From Microbotryum violaceum (taxonomy: Eukaryota), in NCBI GenBank assembly GCA_001244265.2, contig CDLV01000007.1:124001-188000 (forward strand): a DNA stretch of 64,000 bases, in the 5' to 3' direction. Shown piece by piece: positions 44,087-56,752 of this stretch. The position numbers and the translations under genes are program-made. Position 1 is the stretch's first letter, and each line of letters begins with the position of its first letter. The notes under the pieces are model-generated. The model was not told the DNA's origin. It did not search any database and was given only the letters and a program-made list of their open reading frames with translations.

Positions 44087-45986
44087 TCAGACGACCTCGA
44101 CCTCATCCATCGATGATCCCGAGGCGGAGCCAAGCGTCCCTTTCCGATTCTCCTGCGGCATCATCGCCGGCATCTTCTCCGAATGGCTTTCGTCCGACTT
44201 GGCATTCGAAACCATAACGCTAGTCGACACGTCGATACTAACACCCATCAAAGGTTTCTGAATATACGACATCATGACATTCGTCGTTCTCGTCGTCGTT
44301 GTTGTCGTCGTCGTAGGTGGGATAGGTAAGTAAGGCGCGAAACGACGCAACCAGTTCGTCAGAGCATTCGAGCCCTCGAGTGATCGGAAAAGGATGAGGG
44401 TCGCGACGAGGAAGGAAAGGACGGAATTGATCCAGGCGGCAATCAGAGCTAGAGCTTGTATGTCACCTGTGTTGCTAGTGAGAGAGATGTGAGTGATGGC
44501 GGTACGGAAGGATAAGAAGGTGTTGGAGAGGAGCATGACGGAGATCAAGGTGGAAACAAGGAGGCGGTTCTTGGCGGCCCATTCGACGAGGGAAGCTTGG
44601 GCGCTGTGGAGGGACCGGATAGAAGCGCGTCAGCTTGCGAGTAGTCAAAAGAGCAGGACAAATCGAATTGTGCCCACATGAGGTGATTCCTCAGATCATT
44701 ATCGGCTGTCGCGGGAACCGTGGGTGACGCTTGACTGTCGTCTTCCAGCTTTCTCGGTGAGACAGGGGCGACAGGAACGCCGACTCTCTGACGGAGGTCC
44801 CGCGCTTGCTTCTGCAGATGGGTGATTTCGATGACGGCGGCTGAGATGTAGAGCTATGTGGGTCGATATCATCGTAAGCTACTACGAATGAGGAGCGGAG
44901 TAGCAGCTAAGAGGAAATGGATGTTAACGAACCACAGATGTGATGCACAGCACGCATCCTATATAGCTGGTGGCGATTTTATGCCACTGCGTGAGGCCTC
45001 GCATACTAGCGATGAGTGGAACGATAGACTGAAGACTTTGTTCGAGGTTGGAGAGGAGCAGGGCTTGACCGGGTACCCAAGTCAACGAGAGGTTGCCAAG
45101 CGAAGTGCTGGTCGCGTCTGCATTGATGAAAACGGCATCCAAATAACGCTCGAGCATTGCGAGCAAAGCGAAGGAGGGAACAAGGGTAACCAGAGCGAAC
45201 ATGGAAGGGAGTGACTGGTACAGTATGGATGTGATGAGAGAATCGTCGTGATGCGAGCCGAATTTCCGGATGTAGGAACTTCCAAATGTGGCCCATACTT
45301 CCGTTACCTGACCGGCAAAGAGGGCAAGGGGTAGAGCACATTGGAAACTGATGTACCATGAAGGATATGAGGATCCGGAAACAATCCTGCTTGTTATGAC
45401 TAGCTCGACGATGCTCACTGCCGAGAAGAGAATTTGATGAGGAGAGAAGTGACTTAGCCCCGTCTACTTGCACTCGTTCGGAGAAAAAAACAGACAGCCT
45501 GTCAATATTTGTAGACTCACAGCAATGGTAAACGAAAGCCCAAAAGCTGTTGTGGACCGAAATGTTGGGCATCGTGATTCTACAGTCGATTCGACGAAAC
45601 AGCCAAAAGCGCCCTTGCCGCAGGCGAAGCACGATGCCGAGCAGCGTGAGCACAACCGAAACGGAGAACAGTCCAACGAGTGTCCAGAGTTGCGTCACGA
45701 AGGCCGGGCCTTTTTTCGGGTAAATCGCGTCGCGAATGGCTTCGATGGCGATTTGGTAAGGCTCCCTGCCCTCAAAAAGCGCATCGAGGATAGGCGTGCC
45801 GTCTGCTCCGGCGAGGCCCAAGCGCAATGTGTCAACGCCTCCGTCCGGTAAACCAGCGGCAGCCCGTGCCCCTCTTCTGCTCCTCTTCTGCTCCTAAGGA
45901 TACTCACATCTTCGCAGCCACTCTTGCGAGTCCTCTGGCCCCATCGTCTGGTTGAGCAGCTTTACAATCACCGGTATCGAATCCAT
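44087..45986 (-). CDS. Orphan 7-TM membrane protein, paralog D
   Basis: MDSIPVIVKLLNQT..SSMDEVEVV*; same 5-exon layout. Confidence 0.85.
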
Positions 45987-48059
45987 TGCTGCGACGGAAG
46001 AGTCGCGAAGGTAAAGTACTGGAAAAAGGGGGTTACTTCGAGGAGAGGTGGCCGGCTGGGCGGCTCTGGGCAATCGGCACGAGCTAGGCGCTCGGACAGG
46101 GGGACCGCGTGAAGCGGCCGGGAAGTGGGAGGTGTGATGTGTCTGCTGAGGTGGAAGGAGAGAGAAGAGATCGAAGAGAAAGGATGAAAGCTTAAAGTTG
46201 GGGCATACATTAAAATTGGTAAGATCAAGGAAAATACCTTACGACACACGAGGGGCAGCCCGAGCAAAGCCCACGAAGATCGCCGCGCCTTGGCGACTTT
46301 TCATTTCAGCGTGAGCATGGGCCTCGTAGGGGCATGTCAACACCACATCGGAAGTGGGCCATGATTCCCACGGGTATCCTTTCGAAGTTCCGGTTAGAAC
46401 TCGCTGCAGGTTGTATTGCCACGACTGACTCTACAGAAACGGGATTTCCCGAAGCACATCACATGCAGGTCGTGTGTCACCACGTCGGCGTTTGTGGGCA
46501 TTCACAACCCGCCAGCTCGGGCGCATTGCGTCTCACCATCATCTCGGTCGCAACATCCTAGAGAGGCGAAAACACTCAGCTTAATTTCATTGATTTTTCT
46601 AGACCATGTCGACGTGATCTCAGCAGCCTCAGCTCCTGAGCGCCGAGTTGGAGGAGGCACACGGACCTCCCGGCTGGTGTGATCCGTTGGTGCAAGGTTC
46701 GAGTGGGGCCGAGGTGCCAGCACCGGAGCCCCCGGCGCCGCTGGCCATGGCTCCAGCGCCAAAACCGGCTCAGGCACCTTGGGTATTAGGAGGATTTCGG
46801 GTTTTGAGGTGAGTTCTAGCTTCGAGTACTACGAGTAGCATCCGATTGGATCGCTTATGGCACAATAAATATACGTAGTGTTAAGTTATTCAGATAGAAA
46901 TATTAACGGATCAATTGATCCGCCGCGTTGAAGAGAGTTACCGTGGCGTGCCAAGTGCGAAAGGTGACGATCGTCCGGGCTTAGGTGCTGACTTGCTCGA
47001 CATTCCTCTGGTCCGCGAAGACGGGCAGCAGAGGGTGCTCGATGGCGCTCACGCTTTCGCTGCCAAGGCACGTGCAATCAAATAGGCTGGTGCGCACCTC
47101 GTTTTCTCTGGCGGTTCGGCGCTCACCCTGAGCCGCTTTCAGGTGGGCTCCAGATCCTCTTCGCCAAAAAAGCTCGCTTCGAGATTATTTGGGGCACACC
47201 TTGCTTTTTCGTCGTCGAAATGGGTAAGCAATTGACGTCTCCCTGCCTGAAGTCGAAGAATCAGTAGCCTTCCGATGCAAGCCAAGTTTTGTGCATTGAC
47301 CCGGGGTGGTGCGGCTTCCTCAGTCCTCCTCGAGGGGCGCTCGTCAGCGATCTGTGCTCGAGGGTCTCCAAACTGAACGAAGCCACCGTTCGCTCCACCC
47401 TGGTAAGTAGCGCCGTCCTGCGGCCTCCGATCGTCAACGACTCTGTCGCCCAACTCACTCGGGTGGCCTGAGTAATGTCCGCCGAGCTCGTGCTGCCAAG
47501 CTTATGACTTGGCTGGGGCCGAGCTTTGGGAGGCCGGGAACATATCTCGGTCTAGTTTCTTTTTCTTTTGTGTTGTCTCGAAACGCTTTGAGAGCCATGC
47601 TGAAAGGGGATAGTTTGAGATACATACATCAGCTCCAGCCCCGGCGCCAGGACTGGCGCAAGTCCGTAGTAACTCACCTTTGCTTGTTGCAGCCTTGCCC
47701 CAGATAGCTTTGCCAGCTGCTTCATTCTGTCGTCCGTGTTATCGGCGCTTCGTTTCCGAAAAAAGCCCCCTCCTTCGTTGGTATTCTCCGGCGGCGCCTC
47801 GGACTCCAAACTCCGTGTCCTGCGCTGTTTATCGCCGAACGCGACGGCTGACGTGGCGACCAGCCAGGCGGCGGTCCATGTTCTCGGCCCATACTCTTGC
47901 ATCTTATGATCGTCGGTCGCGGACTCTCTCGTGCTGGCTTATCACATCTGCTATCGTATTCGATACCCTCCAGTGTATCTCCACGCGTCCGCTCTCCGCT
48001 GCAGTCAACACTCCTTCCACAGCACGGACCCCACTTCGGGCTCACCGCTGATCAAGACT

Positions 48060-51000
48060 ATGGGCACAATCGCCACGGCCAGCGAGGCCAAATCACCTGT
48101 TTCGAACCGCACAAGCCAACCGTATGATCTCCACAGTCTATCATCGTCGTGGTCTATCCAAAGAGATGCCGCAACACCCACCTCTTCCGTTCCGGCCTTC
48201 GCTCGCTTCACCCCCGCAATCGAAGTCTCCCCTAACGACCCGGATACCTACCGACTCGTAACCCTCTCCAACGGACTCAAAGCGCTCCTCGTCTCGGATC
48301 CAACGACGGACAAAGGCGCGTGTGCATTGAGCGTCAACATCGGCCACTTGTCCGATCCGGACGACCTCCCCGGTCTAGCGCACTATTGCGAACATCTCCT
48401 CTTCCTCGGTACGGAGCAATTCCCCGACGAAGCCGAATACAAACGTTACCTTTCGACGAACAATGGTTCTTCGAATGCTTACACTTCTATGGAAGAGATG
48501 TTGTACCATTTCGATTGCTCAACCGACGCCCTTGAAGGTGCACTGAAGAGGCATGCCAAGTTTTTCCAGAACCCTCTCTTTGATGCGAGTTGTACGGAGA
48601 GGGAGGTCAATGCCGTCGATGCAGAGTTTAGGAGGAACTTGCAACTCGATAACAGAAGGTTGTTCCAACTTGGGAAAGCGACGAGTTCGAGTGAGGGGAA
48701 GGGGCCTGTATATTGGAAGTTTGGGACGGGGAGTAAAGAGACGTTGTGGGATGAGCCGAAGCAACGTGGGGTTGATACGAGGGAACGGCTTTTGGAGTGG
48801 TATTCCGAGCATTATTCGGCGAACCTGATGAGTTTGGCTGTGTGTGGGAACCGTGAGTCTGCTGTATATGTCGGTCAGAAGAGATCTGCGTCTGAGGCTT
48901 CGGTCGAACGGCAGAATCGCTCGACGACCTCGAGATGATGGTATCGCGCGAGTATTCCGGTATCCCGAACCTCAATGCCCAACACAAGATCTTTGACACC
49001 CCCGTTTTGAAAGAAGAGAAACTCAAGGTCGGTCGCTTGTCTGAGCGCCAGATGTCGACGAACGATGCCGATCAGATTCATTTGTGCACACAGACTCTGA
49101 TCAGCTACCGGACCATCAAGGATACGCCGCAACTTCGGATCGAGTTTCCTTCACCCGATTCCAGAGCGCACTGGTCCAGCAAGGTACGAGGCGAGGTCTT
49201 TAAACTCAAGGTTGAAATATCAACTGATTGGAAGTGAACGATTCCGTTCGGTACAGCCTTCGAGTTTTCTCTCCCACTACGTTGGCCACGAAGGACCGGG
49301 ATCAATTCTCGCCGAGTTGAAACGACGTGGATGGGCGACTTCGCTCTCTGCAGGAGGTGACAATGGTGCAGCCGGTTTCGACTTTTTCCGCATCAATGTC
49401 AACCTGACCGCAGTTGGATTAACGAACTACAAGGACGTCATCAGCTTGGTCTTTAAATACCTCGACATCTTGGCCTCAACGACTCCGCAACGATGGGCTT
49501 TCGACGAGATGATGAAACTAGGCCAAATCGGTTGGCGATGGAAAGAGAATGTTCAACCGACCGCGCTCGTCAAGAGCTTGGCTTCGAGGATGGCGACGAC
49601 CCTCTACCCTCCGGAAAAGATCTTGAGTGGACCTTGGTACGCGACCAAGTTTGATGAGGAGTTGTTCGGGAGGTATGCGCGGACGTTGAGGATGGAGAGG
49701 TGTAGGATCTTCCTTGGGAGTCGGGAGGTGGTGGAGGGGAGGGAATGGAGTCAGAAAGAACGGTACTATGGGACTGAGTACAGAATTGATCGATTGGATG
49801 ATCTTGGGTTCAAGGTGAGTATCAGTCAGATTGCTGAAGACGACGAGTAACACTCTGAAGACTGAGCTGTCCTGAGCGACTGCGCCTGCCCCGCACAGAT
49901 AACAACGACCTCGGAGGGCAAGTTGGCACTTCCGAAACCAAATCCTTTCGTTCCGGAAAACCTCGAGCTGGTGACCAAGACGCCTGCAGCGGAGGTGCGT
50001 CGCTGACTTCCTCATGTGAATCCCTAAATCAACTCTCACTGACCTCCTCAATGGGTGATCCTGCAGCCTGTCAAGCGACCAACTCTGATTCGGCAAAATT
50101 CGAGGAGTCGTGTCTTTCACAAGAAGGACGACCGTTGGTGCATTCCACGCGCGAACGCTTATTTCTTGCTCAAGACGTGGGTTAGCCTCTACCGAATACC
50201 CTCGATCGAATGTTTTAATCTGCTGACTTTGCGTTTACGCTCCCCCCTACTATGCTCAGGCCGGTCGCCGACGAATCGCCGATCTCAGCGATGAAAACTC
50301 AATTGGTGACTCAACTGGTCGAAGAAACGCTCGCCGAATACTCGTACGACGCCTCCCTCGCCGGTCTCTCCTACGGCGTCGGATCAGCACCCCAAGGCCT
50401 CGAAATCTACGTCTGGGGATACTCGGACAAACTACCTTTGTTACTTCAAGTCGTTTTGAAGAAGTTGAAAGGGCTGGATTTGGGAGGAGAGGGAATGAAG
50501 GGACTTTTCTATTTGGTGATGGAGAGGTTGAGAAAGGCGTACAAGAACGCGAGGTTGGAGAATCCCTCTACTTTGGCGGATGCGAAGTTGAGATGGTTGA
50601 CCAGGGAGACGTATTGGACGTTTGAGCAGAGGTTGGAGGCGCTGCAAGGTGCGTCTTTGCCGGGGGATAAGCTCTGCTGAGCGAGTGGGCTGACGGGAGG
50701 CCGACGGAATTCCCGCACAGCTATCACACCGGAGCAAATCCAGCCACACATCGAGGCCCTGTTAGCTCAAGTCCGAATTGAAGCTTTGATCCACGGAAAC
50801 CTCACAGCCGACCAGGCCATCGCCCTGAGCAACACCGTCGAATCTACACTCTTACCCTCCCCATCCTCCGCCCCTCCATCCGAAGACGAACATCATCGAG
50901 CCCTCGTCTTTCCCAAGCCTTGCAACCTCATCCATCGCTCCAGGGTCGTGTCGTTGGAGAATGTCAATTCCGCAGCGTCGGTGTATTATCAAATTGGGCA

Positions 51001-51980
51001 TGCAAGGGATGAGAAGACGTTGGTAACATTGGCGATGTTTGCGCAAATTGCGAAAGTGCCAATCTTTTCAACGGTCAGTTCAAACCACGTTATGCGCATC
51101 ATCGGAAAGGAAAGCTGATCTTAGTCGATGTGGACGCTCCCAGCTCCGAACCAAAGAACAGTTGGGTTACATCGTTTCCTCCTCCACCTGGTCGCTCTAC
51201 TCCCTCATCGGGTTCCGCATCATAGTTCAATCCGAGCGTTCACCCGAATACCTCGAATCACGAATCAAAGCTCTTTGGTCCTCCTTCGAAAACGTGTTGA
51301 AAGAAATGACGGAAGAGGCATTCGGGAAGCAGAAGCAAAGCTTGATGAATAAGAAGAGGGAGAAGGTCAAGAACTTGTGTGGGGAGAGTGCGAGGTATTG
51401 GGATGAGATTCAGGAAGGCACCCTGGATTTCGAAAGACGTGAGTCCGCTTCCGAATCTGACTTTTGGTGGAGAAGGTTTCCTCTTGCAGGATGAGGGATT
51501 GACCTCTCCTAGTCCGGTTCGAACGGCTTCGCAGGTGAACGACAGGCTCTACTCGTGTCGACGTTGACACGCGCGGATCTCGTCAACTTCTTCAATACCT
51601 ACATACGCCCCGGTGCTCCGAAACTGTCCAAGCTGTCGATACTGATGAGGTCGCGGAGACTCCAATCCGATGCGCTGAAAGCGCTTGAGGAGGTCTTACC
51701 CGGCGGAAACGAGAAGGTCAAGGCGTTGCTCGAGTCGAAGCCGACGTTGGGACAACTCGAAGCGGGGATTCAGGCGCTTTATCCCGAAGGTCAGGGAATT
51801 CCTCAGAGGATCAAAGAGGAATTGGAGAAGGTGGGTCGACTTCCTGAGTTGGAAGGAGAAGGGGTGAAGGAATTATCCGAGGAAGAGATCGATGAGTGGA
51901 AGAGGGGGTTGGAGAAGGCTGAGAGACTGGGGGCGAGGGAGGATCACCGTTTTGATTTGGAGGTGACGAGTAAGCTCTAG
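48060..51980 (+). CDS. STE23: Insulysin/pitrilysin-family M16A metallopeptidase with C-terminal SKL
   Basis: YRLVTLSNGLKALLVSDP; inverzincin HYCEH motif (GLAHYCEHLLFLGT); REVNAVDAE; GHEGPGSIL; QLRTKEQLGYIV; ends VTSKL*; many introns. Confidence 0.93.
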
Positions 51981-52065
51981 AGAAGTGCGCTCTTTCAAAA
52001 GCTGTGAACACGCAATAGAAGTATGATGTAGATATATACTGTTGCAAATTCCAGGTTGGCGCGTT

Positions 52066-53007
52066 TCAGTTTGATACGGAAACGAGCTTGGACGCCGGAC
52101 GACCCGAAGGAGTCGGCGGATGAGTCGGCGGAGTGAGGAGGGCCTCAATTGTTAAGGAAAGGTCGTTGTGGTGAGTTTGGAGGAGAGTGGTGGCGGATTT
52201 TGGAGTGAGATCAAATTCTTTGGTCTGCGAAATCGAAAGCATGGGGTTTAGGCTGGTGAGGATCCGGATCCGTGTCCGAGACTTGAGTGCCGAGAGAAAC
52301 GTACCAAAACGGCGACGAGTTCTTCATCGACTTGCACCTCGACCTTCTCCTTAGCGCCGCCATCGACTTTCTTTTCCTCTGTTGTACCCTCTGGTGTTGT
52401 TGTCGCAGTCTCTGCCTTATATCCCCCTTCTCCACCCTCTCCATCAGCTGCAGTCTTATCAAAGCTCGCCGGCTCTGGATCAAGGATCACGTTGCGCACG
52501 CCGTCTTCGAAAGCGGCTTGGTCATACCTGCAGTAGCAGGACGTAAGGGTAGCATGAGCTTTCAGAATAAATTTTCCGCCTGTTTGCTACGATGCCCTTA
52601 CCCTATCCTCTGTATCCCCCCACCGCTGGACAGCATGGACGACTGATTATCGACCCAATATTCTACCATGTAAAAAACACCCCATCAGCATCAGCAACCG
52701 CTCCGATAACACCCCTCCAATCCGCCCACTCACGTGTAACACTAGGTCTGCCACCCACTCCTGACCTGGTCCCTACAACAGGGTTGGGAATCGCCTGAGC
52801 AGCTTGGACATGTTGAGCTGCTGCTGCTGCTGCTGCGCTGGCGGCGCGTTCGGCGGCAAGTTTCTTCTGTTTGGCTGCGGTCTGTGGGGAGGTGTGTTAA
52901 AGAGTGGGTCGGCCGGTCGTGGGTCTTTGCGGGCAGGGTAGGAGCTAAGGGGAAGCGCAGGAAGGAAGAGTACTGACGGCGGCGGCTTTGGCTTTGGCTT
53001 TCAACAT
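52066..53007 (-). CDS. HYPK: HYPK/NAC UBA-like domain protein
   Basis: ATG 53007 MLKAKAKAAA; spliced C-terminus VEVQVDEELVAVL|TKEFDLTPKSATTLLQTHHNDLSLTIEALL resembles the HYPK UBA domain; TGA at 52066-52068. Confidence 0.6.
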
Positions 53008-53363
53008 GTTGCGTCTAACTGATGCGCGAGGCACCAATGTGTGAACTTGTGCTGTTAAAGTCTTGACAAAGGTCCCCGTGTCGCAGCGCTGCAGAGGATG
53101 GGCGTGTAGGAGAAGCAAGAGAGCGAAACGACAACGGCTGACGCCCCTTTACGCGCCTGCTTACATGGTCCGAGCGGCTCGAGCTCTCCTTGTCGCGCTC
53201 GATTGGAGGATCAAGACTAAGGGACATCGGTCTTACTAGCTAACATCTCGAAGCAAACATCCCAAATTTTCCACGACCTGCTCTCGAAACGACTGCCAAG
53301 TATCCCAGCTCACGCGACCGAAACTCTTCTCACTAACAAATGCTTTCGTGGTTGCACTGCACC

Positions 53364-54935
53364 CTACTTCTTCGTCCCTTCGTCCCCACTGGCCTTCGCT
53401 TCCCCCGCCTCCCCCGCCTCCCCAATCGTCAACAACTTGGACAACCTCTCCAGCAACGCGCTATTCCTCGACGTCGCTGACGCTGTCGCCCTCGAGTTTA
53501 ATCGAAACGTCGTCGGGTCCGTCGCCTTCCTCTCGTTCTCCAACGAGTTCCTCCGATCCTCAAACGCCCTGTGCTGCGCCCCAGACCGCGATTGCGAGCC
53601 CGTGAACGTGCGTGGTTGAGGAAGATCCGAAAGGCGTTGAGGTGTGTAGAGTGATCCTCCTGAAGGAGAAGCCGAAGGCGGAACCTGACCCGAGTATGCG
53701 GGCGAGCCGATCAACGGTCGATTCAAAACAGTTTCTTGAGGTATCTCGACGCTAAATTTGACCGAACCGCTCCCCAAAGCTTGTGGTTCGATATTCGAAC
53801 TGGACGAATCGAATTCGACGTGACCGGGTCGGAGACGCGCGGGTAACATCTTGTTGGCGTAGACGTTCGAATTGACCAAGGCGCGCACTTTGAATTGCGC
53901 TCGACCGGGAACGTTGGACCGGTCGCCTTGTGCGTCGGGGTAGAAATTCGTGAGCGAGGCTCCGCTCGTGTAGCGCAGGTTGAGGGCGGAGAGTTGACCG
54001 AGCACGGTCGAGAGCGCGATATCGTTGCTGTTTCGCGAGGTTTGGTAACCGTCCGGACTCTTCGCAGGGCCGAGTAAACGACCTGGCACCGTCGGTGCGA
54101 GCTGGACTTCGAGTCGTGTAGGCTTCGAGTAGCGCAGACCCAACAACGGGTGAATGTTGGATTCGAGCGAAGCCTTGGATCGTTTCGCCACCTCGGGTTG
54201 CATTGCGATGAAGCGCTCGAGCAAGAGTTCGAGGTGCACTCGGTTCGATTGCGCGTGGGCATACAGATCCACCGGCGGTTCCGACTCGACAATGGCCTGC
54301 ACCTCATCCGGTGTCATATTGTCATTGAGCTTGCCCGACGATCGCACGAGGTCGAGTTTGATAAAGTCCATGAACTGCTGGGTGCGACCGCCGAGCGAGT
54401 CGAGCAGCTTCTCGAACGCCCGATCCGAGAGGGCGAAGAAATTGGGCGCTTTGGGCGTATCTTTACGAGCTGCGAGTTGGTCGATCGGAGCGATCGCACC
54501 CTGTGTACCAAACGAGGCGGGAACGAAGCGACTCTGCAACGGCAAGGCCCCGATCGAGTTCGTACTCGAGTCCACCTCGCCGCTCCACGACGCGAACGAA
54601 GACGACGATGACGATGGGTTGTGGTATTCTACGACGGGGATCCCGGTCGCGTCAATCTTTCTGACGTAGGCTGTCTCCCTGACTGCTGGACGCCATTCGG
54701 TCCTCCGGTTCGAGTCGTCGAGGCGTTGCACGCTGACCCACGCATCGCGCTTGTTCGACGCTGAGCCGATCGCCGCACGAGGAAGAGGACGCTTGAACCC
54801 GAACTGGGCACGGGACTTTTGCGCCGAATGGGCGACGTAGACTTGCTCAATCGAAGGTTGGTACGACGCGAGCTTGGAACGTCGGAGCAGGGCCGAGTAG
54901 GACGACGACGCCGCGCTCGACGAGGCGGCCGCCAT
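53364..54935 (-). CDS. MRP51: Mitochondrial small-subunit ribosomal protein bS1m
   Basis: Intronless 523 aa; N-terminal SALLRRSKLASY..QVY..QFGFKRPLP..LDD..TEW signature of the Mrp51 family. Confidence 0.8.
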   Translation of the reverse strand: MAAASSSAASSSYSALLRRSKLASYQPSIEQVYVAHSAQKSRAQFGFKRPLPRAAIGSASNKRDAWVSVQRLDDSNRRTEWRPAVRETAYVRKIDATGIPVVEYHNPSSSSSSFASWSGEVDSSTNSIGALPLQSRFVPASFGTQGAIAPIDQLAARKDTPKAPNFFALSDRAFEKLLDSLGGRTQQFMDFIKLDLVRSSGKLNDNMTPDEVQAIVESEPPVDLYAHAQSNRVHLELLLERFIAMQPEVAKRSKASLESNIHPLLGLRYSKPTRLEVQLAPTVPGRLLGPAKSPDGYQTSRNSNDIALSTVLGQLSALNLRYTSGASLTNFYPDAQGDRSNVPGRAQFKVRALVNSNVYANKMLPARLRPGHVEFDSSSSNIEPQALGSGSVKFSVEIPQETVLNRPLIGSPAYSGQVPPSASPSGGSLYTPQRLSDLPQPRTFTGSQSRSGAQHRAFEDRRNSLENERKATDPTTFRLNSRATASATSRNSALLERLSKLLTIGEAGEAGEAKASGDEGTKK

Positions 54936-55355
54936 CGCTGCCGTTTACAAAGCTGGTCGGGTGCTTGAAGCGGTGGACCGTACAACTCTACGTTTGACCC
55001 AAGTGCTGGTGGTGGAGAGCTTGCGCCGAGAGCGGAGTGGGCGACAGGAGCAGAGCCCAAGTTGAGTCCTTGCCCGCCTTCAGCCGGGTTGCGACGGGCG
55101 CGCGCTTGCCTGCGCTTGCCCGCGCTTGCGAGATGCGCCGCCGAGCAAGCCAGCGCAAGCCTGGGCCAAAGACAGAGCTCAGAGACAGCCCCAAGCGACA
55201 AACCCAGCTGTGCCTCGAACAAAGTCCTACAACTTAAACCGGCAGATCGAGGCAGAGTCCACAAGGCAGGTCGAATGGAAAAGCAGCTTTTTTTTTCTAG
55301 TTTTTGTCTAGACAAGAGAAAAAGGCAATATGATCAAGGTAGCAGAGCGTCTAGT

Positions 55356-55520
55356 ATGTATTCGTAACTAGTTTATTCTTGTAGATAATACTATAAATTA
55401 AAGAACTTAACCATAATAGAACTAAAAATCCTCAATATTTAAATTACTAGATCTATGATTAAGAAACCCATTATCACTATTAACTACAATATTAGCAGAA
55501 TTGGAGTTAAAGAGCAAACC
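55356..55520 (+). pseudogene. AT-rich relic resembling a T7-like RNA polymerase of a mitochondrial linear plasmid
   Basis: One frame: MYS*LV..KILNI*ITRSMIKKPIITINYNISRIGVKEQ, with motif-B spacing R-x3-K-x7-Y; sharply AT-rich compared with the flanks. Confidence 0.55.
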
Positions 55521-56752
55521 CAAACTGGGTGAACTTATACTTTGACTCCAATCCACATCACAGTTTTCTTCAGCGTGTAGCAAATCCGAGTCGCCACTTC
55601 AGCCTCTGTTGCAGATTCGCACTGCAGCGTTCGACATGATTGCTCTCAGCCCGGATTCAGGGGTCGAGGAAGCTCTCCACGCGCCCAGACATTCGTCACA
55701 CTGGCTACCGGGCATTTGGGCAAGCTCAGGTAGATGATCATTGTTTCGTGGCCGTAATTTGATCCAGAAAAACGATTTCGTCATCGCTGCCTCTGCATCA
55801 GTGCGACTGGCGGCGTCGGTCATTGGAAAATTCATCCTGCACCTACACCTCTCACCAAAGCGGGGCCCAATCTTGGACTATGTTCACTCAGCGGCTGCAC
55901 GGCGACGAATGGAGTGGCCAGGCAGTTATTCAGTGACACGCTCGTTTTTTGAAGAGAAGCATTCATGTTGTTTTAGTATAAGGTATATGAACCCTCAAGG
56001 TCAACGACTCCTCTCGCATTTACGTGTCATGTCGAGGTCACGTTTTCTTGGACCATCATTCGATCGACTCATTGCAACCTTGCAGAGACCTACGATCCAA
56101 AGTGACCTGCCTACATCAAGACGCCACCTTGAATATAGAATTACCTGTACGTCTGCGCCTTCGAAGAAGTGCGTATAATCCTTTTTAGTCGCGTCATGGT
56201 GAGCGTCGTTCCGCTTGCTAGCGCTGCGCCGGTATGCTCAGCGAACGGCTCTGTTGTTCAAACCACATTCTCAAAACACGGACGGCTCAGCTCGGCTAGG
56301 CTCGGCTCGGCTCGAATTTCGGGTTTCCTTCCTACTACTCACTCCTTTGCTTTTCCACAACAACGGACGTTTCTTCATTCATTCCTACAAGATCCAACTT
56401 TTCCACTCGCTTGCAGCAACCCACCTTCGTCGAAACCTCGTCGACCCCCACTCGCTCCCCTCCGCCTCCCCTCCAATTCCCTCGGACTAACACGACCCGA
56501 TTCGCTCAACGCTGCTTGACCTTCGATCGCGCCGCGCCGCGTCCTTGCTCCGCGCGCCGCCCCTGGTCGTCGTCATTCGCTGAGGCCCCCTTTCTCGCGC
56601 GACTCTTTTTCTGAAACCTGTCCCCTTCGGCTTGTCGTGCACGCCCCCTTCGCTTGCCCCCGCCCCGCTCGGTCTCGCTTTCTCGCTCTGTTACTTCCGA
56701 CCCGAGCCGACCACCAACACTGCAGCCGCAGCAGCACCTTCGTTTCGCCACG

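Noticed and set aside
25060-45986. Calling the 7-TM genes STE3 pheromone receptors or a mating-type locus
   Set aside because: No STE3 motifs recognised, and no CAAX pheromone precursor or homeodomain genes seen.
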